64,000 nucleotides of DNA from Macrostomum lignano (Eukaryota), in the NCBI GenBank assembly GCA_002269645.1, contig NIVC01000842.1, positions 25,837 through 89,836 on the forward strand, in the 5' to 3' direction. Numbering within the stretch: position 1 is the first letter of the stretch; each line of letters begins with the position of its first letter. The translations under genes and the position numbers were made by a program. Positions 1 to 11,019 of the stretch are shown here, piece after piece. The notes beneath the pieces were generated by a model, which saw only the letters and a program-made list of their open reading frames with translations, was not told where the DNA came from and did not search any database.

Positions 1-711
1 CCAGCTGTTGAAGTACGTCGCTGGCTAGAAGTCCAGACACGCCGGAGTCGATGTGCATCAATAGAAGGCTGGCGTCGCAGGCCAGTTGCTGCTCCGGTTG
101 TTGCTGAGGCTGCTGAAGACCTCCGCGCTGCAGTCTGGCAAGCAGTCGGCGCCTGACTGGCGGCAGCAGGCAGGCCAGCCAGACCAGGCCGCTCACTCCG
201 CTAGCCAGGGCGCACAGCAGCAGCCAGAGTGAGCCGGCAATGCACAGGCAGTTAACCAGAGACTCGTGGGCGAATTCGCACACCAGCTGGTGCGAGTGCT
301 GATGATGCACGTGCAGCTCGCCGCCGTACTCGCAGTGAAAAGCGCCTGGCATGAGACCAGACTGCCAGTCCGGGTCCAGCAGAAGGCGCCTGGCAGGTCC
401 CAGAGGATGCCCGGCAACAGCTGTGAACGGCTGGCCTAATAGGCGCAGACAGGCCAGAGCGAGGCCACATGTGGTCATCTTGGCAACGAGATAGACGGTT
501 GCCAGGCAACAGGGTAGCAGGCTTGGACGGCGAAGTTCGTCGGCTAGATAAGCGGTGGCGTGGCTTCTCTCCAGCCACGGCTGCCACTGGCAGGCAACGC
601 CAAGTTCCACCAACTCGTGGGCTCGACGGCCAATTAGTTGCCATAGCAATCGGGGCGTCGCCATGGCAACAGCTATTCCGACGAATACGGCTGGTAGCCA
701 GCGTAGGTAAT
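1..711 (-). CDS. Innexin-family protein, exon 2 (TM2-TM4 and C-tail; runs off the window edge)
   Basis: Stop-free frame from the acceptor ctcccacag| at 712 to position 1; missed by the ORF track. Translation: (N)YLRWLPAVFVGIAVAMATPRLLWQL (innexin YYQWVP...PRLLW TM2), LATVYLVAKM (TM3), MPGAFHCEY...LVCEFAHESL (second loop, two Cys), WLLLCAL (TM4), CDASLLLMHIDSGVSGLLASDVLQQL (innexin C-tail pattern). Confidence 0.8.
474..670. promoter_or_regulatory. Cluster of four RFX X-box-like palindromes inside the innexin coding exon
   Basis: GTCATCTTGGCAAC 474-487, GTTGCCAGGCAAC 498-510, GTTGCCATAGCAAT 637-650, GTCGCCATGGCAAC 657-670; compare the X-box GTTGCCATGGCAAC. Function untested. Confidence 0.4.
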
Positions 712-799
712 CTGTGGGAGACAGTTTCAGGGGTAGACGATGTTGGCTCCTACTGACTCTGGAGTCACCCTGTTGCGTTTTCGCGTAAATGACTTTATT

Positions 800-2580
800 A
801 CACTATTTATCAGTGCCTCTAGATGAAGCGTCAGGGTATCAACACGTATCTCGGTGTGATAATTACAGAATCTTTAATTTATCCAGTCTTCATCACAATA
901 CACCGAAAACTTAGTTCCACTTCACCAGACCATTGGCATCGCGCCATACCTATCCATATTGATATAAACAAAAATCTATTTATAGAATCCTACAAGTCCC
1001 CAATACTGAGATAGAGGCTTCAAGGCAATCATCTGCTGCAGGGTAGACGGTACACTTCGTCTACTTAGTGCCATTCGGCTCTTGTAGCCAAAATGCAATT
1101 TTCTCTCAAAGCTTGGCCTGCAAGCAAGGGGCAACACGCTCATAGAATATTCAGCTTCTCTTCTCCATCAGAGCTTTCCGAGCGCTTGTCCGGATGTTCC
1201 TTGGCTGGCTAGAAAATTGATGAAAAATTGTTGGCTTAGGGAGTTACACGAGGGAGAATGGAAAGGGGGTGGCAGACAGGCAGGGAAGAGTCGTGGGCGG
1301 GATGGTTGAGCCGAAATTTCTAAATTTAACACTTTTTGGGATACTGAAACCGCGATGGAAAAAGACGAATGGGACAAGGTTTTGTACTTTTATGCGTTGA
1401 GCATATGCGATTTGCGGCTAAGTTGACTCTAGTCCTGTCGTTGCACACGGGCTTCTAAATCTGTGCTTAAAACATTCTGACAGCAGATTACTAGAAATAG
1501 GATACTGAAATCTCTTCTGTCAAGCTTTAGTTAACCCTCTATCCTGTCTCTTTGCCCCTGTATCCTCTGCACTACCCTTCAGTCTTCTAACTTCTACCCT
1601 ACCTCTCTTACTCTACCCTACCTCTCTCGCCCTATTCTAACTCTCTCACTCTAGCCTAGCTCTCTCATTCTACCCTACCTCTTTCGCCATACCCCAACTC
1701 TCTCCCTCTACCTTAACTCTCTCCCTCTAACCCTACCTTTCTTCTTCTACCCTACCTCTCTCCGTATACCTCTCTCCGTATACCTCTCTCCGTATACCTC
1801 TCCCTCTACCATACCTCTCTCCCTCTACCTTACATTTCTCTTTTCTACCTACTCTCTCGCTGTATGTACCTCTCTTCCTATACCCTACCTCTCTCCCTCT
1901 ACTCTACCTCTCTCCCTATACCCTACCTCTCCCTCTACCCTTACATCTCTTTCTACCCTAACTTCAATTTCTCTAACTCACCCGCTATCCTACCTCTTCC
2001 TCTTTTGAACCTCTGCCCTTATCACACCTCTTGATATCCTTCCCTAAGACTCTTCAATCAAATTTTCCTTTTTGTCCCTCTAACCAAAACCCTTTCCGCC
2101 TCTTTAACTAACCTGGCACTTACTCCCTATGAACTGAGACCAAACCCGCCTTCGATCAGAAATTTAATCACTTCCTAGTTGACTACGCGACTGTAAGGAT
2201 ATCGTAAAAAGTCTTTAAATCAGCCATAGTAACTCGGATTAATTGTAAACCCCCCCAGCAACCCTGTAAGTCTGAAATGATCCTACATCTACTGTTTTTT
2301 ACGAGCCAAGTCTTGCGGTCCAATATATCTAGTCTTTCATTGTTCGAATTCGTTTTCCTTGGTTAATTAGTCAAGTTCTTCTACGGTCCCATGGAGGACC
2401 CATGGTGGAAGGGGCAGACTCATGATCTGTAATTTTGCTCCCCGAGGCTAAAAGTTGTTTTGAAAAGTTTTGTAATGAGCCTGCACAGCTGTTCTGTGGG
2501 ATACTGCAGCTTGTTCCCTATTATCTGGTCTGACGGTGATTTTGAATATCGCAGTTTAGAATTTTTATGAATTTTTCCAT
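800..2580 (-). mobile_element. Decayed Penelope-like retroelement relic (RT, thumb and GIY-YIG remnants) in the innexin intron
   Basis: Fragments with stops and frameshifts occur in the expected order on -. About 2560-2390: LRYSKSP..LCRLITKLFKTTFSLGEQNYR..(M)GSSMGP, like the PLE RT F.FNG..Y.Q..G..MGS..P motif. About 1370-1210: FSIAVS..LNLEIS..FHSPSCNSL..QF. About 970-900: FISIWIG..CQWSGE. Confidence 0.4.
1560..2050. repeat. Degenerate CT-rich tandem repeat (ctaccctacctctctcc-like)
   Basis: Repeated ctac(c)ctacctctctc(c) units are visible directly. Confidence 0.85.
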
Positions 2581-2619
2581 CGGGGCCCTGAATCTCATAA
2601 ATAAAGTTCTGCATCTCAT

Positions 2620-3790
2620 ACTTGGGGTCCTGATTATCAGAAATGGGGTCCTGAATCTCATACTTGGGGTCCTGATTATCAGAAAAATTGGGTCCTGAAT
2701 CTCATACTTGGGGTCCTGATTATCAGAAATGGGGTCCTGAATCTCAAAAATCGGGTCCTGAATCTCAGAAATGGGGTCCTTAATCTCATAAATAGGGTCC
2801 TGAATCTCAGAAATGGGGTCCTGAATCTTATAAATAGGGTCCTGAATCTCAAATTTGAGTCCTAAATCTCAAAAAAGATATCCTTTATCTCAATAATAGT
2901 AGCCAGAATCTAAAAAATTGGGTTCTAACTCTCAGAAATGGGGTTCTCAATCTCAAAAAATGATATCCTTCATCTTATAAATGGTGGCCTGAATCTCAGA
3001 AAGTAGGTCCTAAATTTCATAAATAAGGTCCTGAATCTCAATAATGGGGTCCTGAATCTCGGAACTGGGGTCCTGAATCTCATAAATCGGGTCCCGAATC
3101 TCTTAAATAGGGTCCTGAATCTCAGAACTGGGGTCCTGAATCTCAGAAAATTGGGCCATGAATCGCAGAAACAGGGTTCTAAATCTCAGAACTGGATCCT
3201 GAATCTCAGGAATGGGGTCCTGAATCTCATAAATAGGGTCTTGAATCTCTTAAATAGGGTCCTGAATCTCAGGACTGGGGTCCTGAATCTCAGAAATGGG
3301 GTCCTGAATCTCAGAAATGTGGTCCTGAATCTCAGAAATGGGGTCCTGAATCTCAGAAATGGGGTCCTGAATCTTAGTAATGGGGTCCTGAATCTCAGAA
3401 ATGGGGTCCTGAATCTCAGAAATGGGGTCCTGAATCTCAGAAATGGGGTCCTGAATCTCAGAAATGGGGTTCTGAATCTCATAAATGGGGTCCTGAATCT
3501 CAGAAATGGGGTCCTGAATCTCAGAAATGGGGTCCTGAATCTCAGAAATGGGGTCCTGAATCTCAGAAATGGGGTCCTGAATCTCAGAAATGGGGTCCTG
3601 AATCTCAGAAATGGGGTCCTGAATCTCATAAATGTGGTCCTGAATCTCAGAAATGTGGTCCTGAATCTTATAAATAGGGTCCTGAATCTCAGAAATGGGG
3701 CCCTGAATCTCATAAATGTGGTCCTGAATCTCATAAATGGGGTCCTGAAACTCAGAAATGGGCCTTCTCTTCAATTTCACAACTAGGGAT
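2620..3790. repeat. 21-bp minisatellite (gaatctcagaaatggggtcct)n
   Basis: About 55 units; explains the 7-aa-periodic ORFs at 3151-3786. Lies in the innexin intron and ends about 45 bp from the exon-1 donor. Confidence 0.97.
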
Positions 3791-3839
3791 GCTGAATCTC
3801 AGAAGTAGGCAAGAGTGCTATCTGTTAAAGAAAACTCAC

Positions 3840-4146
3840 TTTTCACCGGCACTCCCTGTCCGTACGGCCCCTGTGAGGTCTTGTTAACTTCTTCGTACAG
3901 CAGCGGAGCCTCCCAGCAGAAGGTCTCGGCGTGCTCAAGCCAGGCGTGGTTGAACTCCTTGGGCGCCAGGCAGCGTAGTGGCGACGGCAGCGAACTCCAG
4001 TGCATCACGGCCGAGGAGTACATGGAAAATAGGCTGAACAGAGCAGCCGAACCCAGCCAGCAGGCTCGGTCGAACCAGTCCTCGGCTGTGCCCTGACCCG
4101 GCCAGCTCGGCATGGCGATCTGCGCGACGGGAGAAGCTGGCGGCAT
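3840..4146 (-). CDS. Innexin-family protein, exon 1 (N-terminus, TM1, first extracellular loop)
   Basis: ATG at 4146. EDWFDRACWLGSAALF (innexin DD..DR.N) and PLRCLAPKEFNHAWLEHAETFCW (PIQCW.P.EF...W..YAE.YCW, two Cys). The phase-1 donor A|GTGAGT at 3839 matches the phase-1 acceptor at 712, giving PVKNYLRW. Confidence 0.88.
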
Positions 4147-5990
4147 TGGGTCAGTGGGGCAAGGAGCTCGGGTGATGGGTCAGTGGGTCAGGAAGCTTGG
4201 GTGATGGGTCAGTGGGTCAAGGATCTCGGGTGATGGGTCAATGGGTCAGGAAGCTTGGGTGATGGGTCAGTGGGTCAAGGAGCTCGGGTGATGGTTCAGT
4301 GGGTCAGGAAGCTTGGGTAATGGGTCAGTGGGTCAAGGATCGAGCTCAGGTGATGGGTCAGTGGGTCAAGGAGCTTGGGTGATGAGTCAGTGGGTCAAGG
4401 AGCTCAGGTGATGGGTCAGTGGGTCAGGAAGCTTGGGTAATGGGTCAGTGGGTCAAGGAGCTCAGGTGATGGGTCAGTGGGTCAAGGAGCTTGGGTGATG
4501 ACTCAGTGGGTCAAGGAGCTCAAGTGATGGGTCAGTTGGTCAAGGAGCTCGGGTGATGGGTCAGTGGGTCAAGGAGCTTGGGTGATGAGTCAGTGGGTCA
4601 AGGAGCTTGGGTGATGAGTCAGTGGGTCAAGGAGCTCGGGTGATGGGTCAGTGGGTCAAGGATCTCGGGTGATGGGTCAGTGGGTCAAGGATCTCGGGTG
4701 ATGGGTCAGTGGGTCAGGAAGCTTGGGTGATGGGTCAGTGGGTCAAGGAGCTCGGGTGATGGTTCAGTGGGTCAGGAAGCTTGGGTAATGGGTCAGTGGG
4801 TCAAGGAGCTCAGGTGATGGGTCAGTGGGTCAAGGAGCTTGGGTGATGAGTCAGTGGGTCAAGGAGCTCAGGTGATGGGTCAGTGGGTCAGGAAGCTTGG
4901 GTAATGGGTCAGTGGGTCAAGGAGCTCAGGTGATGGGTCAGTTGGTCAAGGAGCTCGGGTGATGGGTCAGTGGGTCAAGGAGCTTGGGTGATGAGTCAGT
5001 GGGTCAAGGAGCTTGGGTGATGAGTCAGTGGGTCAAGGATCGCGGGTGATGGGTCAGTGGGTCAAGGATCGCGGGTGATGGGTCAGTGGGTCAAGGATCT
5101 CGGGTGATGGGTCAGTGGGTCAGGAAGCTTGGGTGATGGGTCAGTGGGTCAAGGAGCTCGGGTGATGGTTCAGTGGGTCAGGAAGCTTGGGTAATGGGTC
5201 AGTGGGTCAAGGAGCTCAGGTGATGGGTCAGTGGGTCAAGGAGCTTGGGTGATGACTCAGTGGGTCAAGGAGCTCAAGTGATGGTTCAGTTGTTCAAGGA
5301 GCTCGGGTTATGAGTCAGTGGGTCAAGGAGCTTGGGTGATGAGTCAGTGGGTCAAAGAGCTCGGGTGATGAGTCAGTGGGTCAAGGAGCTCAAGTGATGG
5401 GTCAGTTGGTCAAAGAGCTTGGGTGATGGGTCAGTGGGTCAAGGAGCTTGGGTGATGACTCAGTGGGTCAAGGAGCTCAAGTGATGGTTCAGTTGTTCAG
5501 GGAGCTCGGGTTATGAGTCAGTGGGTCAAGGAGCTCGGGTGATGGGTCAGTGGGTCAAGGAGCTTGGGTGATGAGTCAGTGGGTCAAAGAGCTCGGGTGA
5601 TGAGTCAGTGGGTCAAGGAGCTCAAGTGATGGGTCAGTTGGTCAAAGAGCTTGGGTGATGGGTCAGTGGGTCAAGGAGCTTGGGTGATGAGTCAGTGGGT
5701 CAAAGAGCTCGGGTGATGAGTCAGTGGGTCAAGGAGCTCAAGTGATGGGTCAGTTGGTCAAGGAGCTCGGGTGATGGGTCAGTGGATCAAGGAGCTTAGG
5801 TGATAAGTCAGTGGGTCAAGGAGTTCAAGTGATGGGTCAGTTGGTCAAGGAGCTCGGGTTATGAGTCAGTGGGTCAAAGAGCTCGGGTGATGAGTCAGTT
5901 GGTCAAGGAGCTTGGGTGATGGGTCAGTTGGTCAAAGAGCTTGGGTGATGGGTCAGTGGGTCAAGGAGCTTAGATGATGGGTCAGTGAGT
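4147..5990. repeat. 29-bp G-rich minisatellite (gggtgatgggtcagtgggtcaaggagctc)n
   Basis: About 63 units starting immediately 5' of the innexin ATG. Confidence 0.97.
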
Positions 5991-6099
5991 AAAGTTTTAA
6001 TAAGCAAACACTTGTAGACAGCAAAGTATTTATATATTACTCGCCTTTCGAACGACCAGTTGCAAAAGCAGAGTTTGAGAGTTTTTTCAAGTCTCCTGG

Positions 6100-6600
6100 C
6101 TAAGTAAGCCTCACACAGCCGTTCCCTTCTGTGAGTCTGTCTCCAGCCAAATCTCCTTTGCTTGGGGCTATCAGCGAAGGCTTATATTGATGTAAAAATA
6201 GTTCAGGGAGAAAGAGGGAGCGGAGCTGCGGCAAGAGGTTGAGGGAGTTTGAAGTGCAGAGCCTTCGCCTCCCCATCACCCTCCTGCCGGGGTTGGCCAG
6301 CTTCACCACGCAAGCAAGTAGCCTTTGTCCACCACCCAGCTTAGGGAGAGACAGGGAGGGTCCTCGCCATCCTGTGTGTATAGCCTGTGTAGATGAGAGA
6401 AGAGCGAGATAGACTGGCGCTAAAGTATGCTAGCGCGGAATCCTGTTTGGCGTGGAACTTTATCCTCTAACTCTCTTATAGTTAAGCTGGCTGTGGGCGC
6501 TGCTGTATTTTTTATATTCACTGTTGCTAACCGGCAGGCTTAGAAAATTAGGAGAGTCTGTCAAATGACCATCTAGCTTTGCCGTCATTCTGTATGTGAA
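6100..6600 (-). mobile_element. Possible second decayed Penelope-like (GIY-YIG-like) fragment
   Basis: RRLCTS...LFLHQYKPSLIAPSKGDLAGDRLTE loosely resembles the GIY-YIG IY...C...YIG.T.R.L..RL.EH pattern. Adjacent to a CT-rich array, as is the first relic. Confidence 0.2.
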
Positions 6601-6654
6601 ATTAGGGAGCTCAGCCTCTTACAGTCCGCTGGAATTCACCGGGCCAGACAAAAA

Positions 6655-7900
6655 CTCTACCTCTCTCTGTCTTAGGCTACCTCTCTCACTCTCGCCTCTT
6701 TCCTTTTAGCCTACCTCTCTCCCTCTAGCCTTCCTCTCTCCCTCTAGCCTTCCTCTCTCCCTCTAGCCTTCCTCTCTCCCTCTAGCCTTCCTCTCTCCCT
6801 CTAGCCTTCCTCTCTCCCTCTAGCCTTCCTCTCTCCCTCTAGCCTTCCTCTCTCCCTCTAGCCTTCCTTTCTCCCTCTAGCCTTCCTTTCTCCCTCTAGC
6901 CTTCCTCTCTCCCTCTAGCCTTCCTCTCTCCCTCTAGCCTACCTCTCTCCCTCTAGCCTTCCTCTCTCCCTCTAGCCTTCCTTTCTCCCTCTAGCCTTCC
7001 TCTCTCCCTCTAGCCTTCCTTTCTCCTTCTAGCCTACCTCTCTCCCTCTAGCCTCTTTCCCTTTAGCCTTCCTCTCTCTCTTTAGCCTTCCTCTCTCCCT
7101 TTAGCCTTCCTCTCTCCCTCTAGCCTTCCTCTCTCCCTCTAGCCTTCCTTTCTCCCTCTAGCCTTCCTCTCTCCCTCTAGCCTTCCTTTCTCCCTCTAGC
7201 CTTCCTCTCTCCCTCTAGCCTTCCTTTCTCCCTCTAGCCTTCCTCTCTCCCTCTAGCCTTCCTTTCTCCCTCTAGCCTTCCTCTCTCCCTCTAGCCTTCC
7301 TCTCTCCCTCTAGCCTTCCTCTCTCCCTCTAGCCTTCCTCTCTCCCTCTAGCCTTCCTTTCTCCCTCTAGCCTTCCTCTCTCCCTCTAGCCTCTTTCCCT
7401 TTAGCCTTCCTCTCTCTCTTTAGCCTTCCTCTCTCCCTTTAGCCTTCCTCTCTCCCTCTAGCCTACCTCTCTCCCTCTAGCCTACCTCTCTTCCTCTAGT
7501 CTACCTAGCCTATCTAGTCTATCTAGTCTAGTCTAGTCTAGTCTAGTCTAGTCTAGTCTAGTCTATCTAGCCAGACAAAAACTCTATCTAGGCTACCTCT
7601 CTCCCTCTAGTCTACTTCTCTCCCTCCCTCTAGCTTACCTCTCTCCCTCTACCCTACCTCTCTCCCTCTAGCCTACCTCTCTCACTCTAGCCTACCTCTC
7701 TCTACCCTACCTCTCTCCCTCTAGCCTACCTCTCTCTAGCCTACCTCTCTTCCTCTAGTCTACCTCTCTCTCTAGACTAGCTCTCTCACTCTACCCTACC
7801 TCTCTCCCTCTAGCCTACCTTTCTCTCTCTACCCTACCCTACCTCTCTCCCTGTACCCTACCTCTCTCACTCTCTCTCTCTTCTCTCTACCCTACATCTA
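6655..7900. repeat. 19-bp pyrimidine-rich minisatellite (ccttcctctctccctctag)n with a (ctagt)n patch near 7500-7570
   Basis: Directly visible tandem units. Confidence 0.96.
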
Positions 7901-8499
7901 AACCTACATGTTTCCGTTAGTTTTCTATAGTTTAGCCGCAACTCTAGTTGCTTTTAGTGACTCTGCCATCCTGTCCCAGGGTGCTGAAATCAGAGTGAAA
8001 AATATATATTAGGCAGGTTTTTTTCAATTGTTATTGGAGACTTTCGATTTCTGAGAATAACTCTCTTTTAGAAACGTGACTAGCCATAATATTCACTTCA
8101 AGGCTGCCTGATATTTCGGCCTCAGCAATGTTCCGTGTTTTTTTTTCAATTCATGCCTTTGGCTTTCTGCTCTCGCGATTCAATTGACTTTTCTGTATAG
8201 ATCCATCCGTCTTAGAACAGCTGAATTCTCTGTTTTTCTCCTGCTTTTCTGCCTGAAATCGCCTCCATTCTGCTTCTAGCATCTTCCTGGGGCCTATGGC
8301 TGGGCGTCTGCGACTGTCTCGTGTGGGACAGCTGTTAGACTAATTAAAACAAGCGGCTGGGCCTACAGCTTTATCATTTTGGGCAATAAGCATGGAGAAT
8401 AGAAAGAGTGCCCGAGGCAAAGGCAGTGGAGGGCAAGGGAAAGCAAGTGAGGGATATGAACGAAACATTGCGGATGTACTAAATTAATTAGTAAGAGAG

Positions 8500-10295
8500 A
8501 GTTGTGGGTGTGAGAAGAAAGAGGCAGGCTAGAGGAATAGAGGTAGAGAGACTGAGAGAGGTTGTGTAGAGAAAGAGAGGTAGGGTAGAGTGAGAGAGGT
8601 AGGGTAGAGGGAGAGCCGTAGTGTAGAGTGAGAGAGGTAGGATATAGTGAGAGAGTTTGAGTCGAGGGGTAGAGGTACGCTAAAGGGGAGTAGAGGTACA
8701 TGTAGGCTAGAGGAAGAGAGGTAGATTAGAGGGTAGATCAGTGGGAGAGAGGTAGATCAGGGAGACAGAGAGGTAGATCAGTGGGAGAGAGGTAGATCAG
8801 AGGGAGAGAGGTAAATCAGAGAGGCAGAGAGGTAGATCAGAGAGAGAGAGGTAGATCAGTGGGAGAGAGGTAGATCAGAGGGAGAGAGGTAGATCAGTGG
8901 GACAGAGGTAGATCAGTGGGAGAGAGGTAGATCAGGGAGACAGAGAGGTAGATCAGTGGGAGAGAGGTAGATCAGAGGGAGAGAGGTAGATCAGAGGGAG
9001 AGAGGTAAATCAGAGAGACAGAGAGGTAGATCAGAGGGAGAGAGGTAGATCAGTGGGAGAGAGGTAGATCAGGGAGACAGAGAGGTAGATCAGTGGGAGA
9101 GAGGTAGATCAGGGAGACAGAGAGGTAGATCAGTGGGACAGAGGTAGATCAGTGGGAGAGAGGTAGATCAGAGAGACAGAGAGGTAGATCAGTGGGAGAG
9201 AGGTAGATCAGGGAGACAGAGAGGTAGATCAGTGGGAGAGGGGTAGATCAGAGGGAGAGAGGTAGATCAGAGGGAGAGAGGTAAATCAGAGAGGCAGAGA
9301 GGTAGATCAGAGGGAGAGAGGTAGATCAGTGGGACAGAGGTAGATCAGTGGGAGAGAGGTAGATCAGAGAGACAGAGAGGTAGGCCAGTGGGAGAGAGGT
9401 AGATCAGGGAGACAGAGAGGTAGATCAGTGGGAGAGAGGTAGATCAGTGGGAGAGAGGTAGATCAGAGGTAGGGAGGTAGATCAGTGGGAGAGAGGTAGA
9501 TCAGAGGGAGAGAGGTAGATCAGTGGGAGAGAGGTAGATCAGGGAGACAGAGAGGTAGATCAGTGGGAGAGAGGTAAATCAGAGAGGCAGAGAGGTAGAT
9601 CAGAGGGAGAGAGGTAGATCAGTGGGAGAGAGGTAGATCAGAGGGAGAGAGGTAGATCAGAGGGAGAGAGGTAGATCAGAGAGAAGTAGATCAGAGGAAA
9701 GAGGTAGATCAGTAGGAAAGAGGTAGATCAGTGGGAGAGAGTTAGATCAGAGGGAGAGAGGTAGATCAGTGGGAGAGAGGTAGATCAGAGGGAGAGAGGT
9801 AGATCAGAGAGGCAGAGAGGTAGATCAGTGGGAGAGAGGTGGATCAGTGGGAGAGAGGTAGATCAGAGGGAGAGAGGTAGATCAGAGGGAGAGAGGTAGA
9901 TCAGAGGGAGAGAGGTAGATCAGAGAGAAGTAGATCAGAGGAAAGAGGTAGATCAGTAGGAAAGAGGTAGATCAGTGGGAGAGAGTTAGATCAGAGGGAG
10001 AGAGGTAGATCAGTGGGAGAGAGGTAGATCAGAGAGACAGAGAGGTAGATCAGAGGGAGAGAGGTAGATCAGTGGGAGAGAGTTAGATCAGAGGGAGAGA
10101 GGTAGATCAGTGGGAGAGAGGTAGATCAGAGAGACAGAGAGGTAGATCAGAGGGAGAGAGGTAGATCAGTGGGAGAGAGGTAGATCAGTGGGAGAGAGGT
10201 AGATCAGAGGGAGAGAGGTAGATCAGAGAGAGGTAGATCAGTGGGAGAGAGGTAGATCAGAGGGAGAGAGGTAGATTAGATACAGCGAGGTAGAT
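8500..10295. repeat. 19-21 bp purine-rich minisatellite (gagaggtagatcagtggga)n
   Basis: Directly visible tandem units, homogeneous from about 8720. Confidence 0.96.
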
Positions 10296-11019
10296 CAGAG
10301 GGTAAAATGTATAAAATGTGCAAAAGATGTTTATTCCTTTTGCATGTAAATCATAGTGTCATAAGCTTCCTTAATCAAGTATTATATTATACTCTTTTCA
10401 AATCATCAATATACCGTAGAGGCGCTGAATCAATTCAGTCTATACTCCAGCACTAAAATATTCTATATTTAGAAACAGATATTGGGCATAATTCTCGCTA
10501 TAGAGACCTGCCGATCTCCAACAATTGTGCCAAGAATCTGAGCGGAACTTCGGCAGTTCCGCCTAACTGTGTTTATATAAGGCATATGTAAAATAATTCC
10601 CAAGCATTTTTTCGACCTCTCACAGTCTGTCCGTGATTTTGGGTGCTATTTATAGTTGGCTTATTGGACTTGACAGGCCGCAGGCGTAAGCGGACGAAAA
10701 AGCTGGGAGAGAATGGGAAGTCAAGGGATGATTGAAGAGCACTATATGTAGAAGACCATATAGTCAAGGATTGTGTGTTTACTCATCAACTGCTCCATGG
10801 TGATGTATTATTATTAACTGGTTGTAGTGTACTCAGCTGCATTGGGGCGATGCCTATCTAGTATATTAGAGGATAGTAATTTTCGTAATAAGGGCAATAT
10901 GCACTTTCTTTATTTAAGGCGAGTCAATCATCTGGGGCTTGTTAGCATTCTTGGTGCAAACACACAAATATTTAACAGATGGAGAGATTTAAAATCAAAT
11001 AAGCTACTAACATCTCTAC

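Noticed and set aside
1-470. Initial reading as a Toll-like receptor (TM plus TIR)
   Set aside because: The upstream motifs and the in-phase first exon fit an innexin much better.
3151-3786. LRR-looking ORF (VLNLRNG)n and its antisense ORFs
   Set aside because: Translation of the 21-bp satellite in an innexin intron; a 7-aa period is not a real LRR.
10542-10562. 8-bp hairpin GCGGAACT-tcggc-AGTTCCGC as a Helitron end or terminator
   Set aside because: No CTRR terminus or matching 5' end was seen, and bacterial terminators are irrelevant here.
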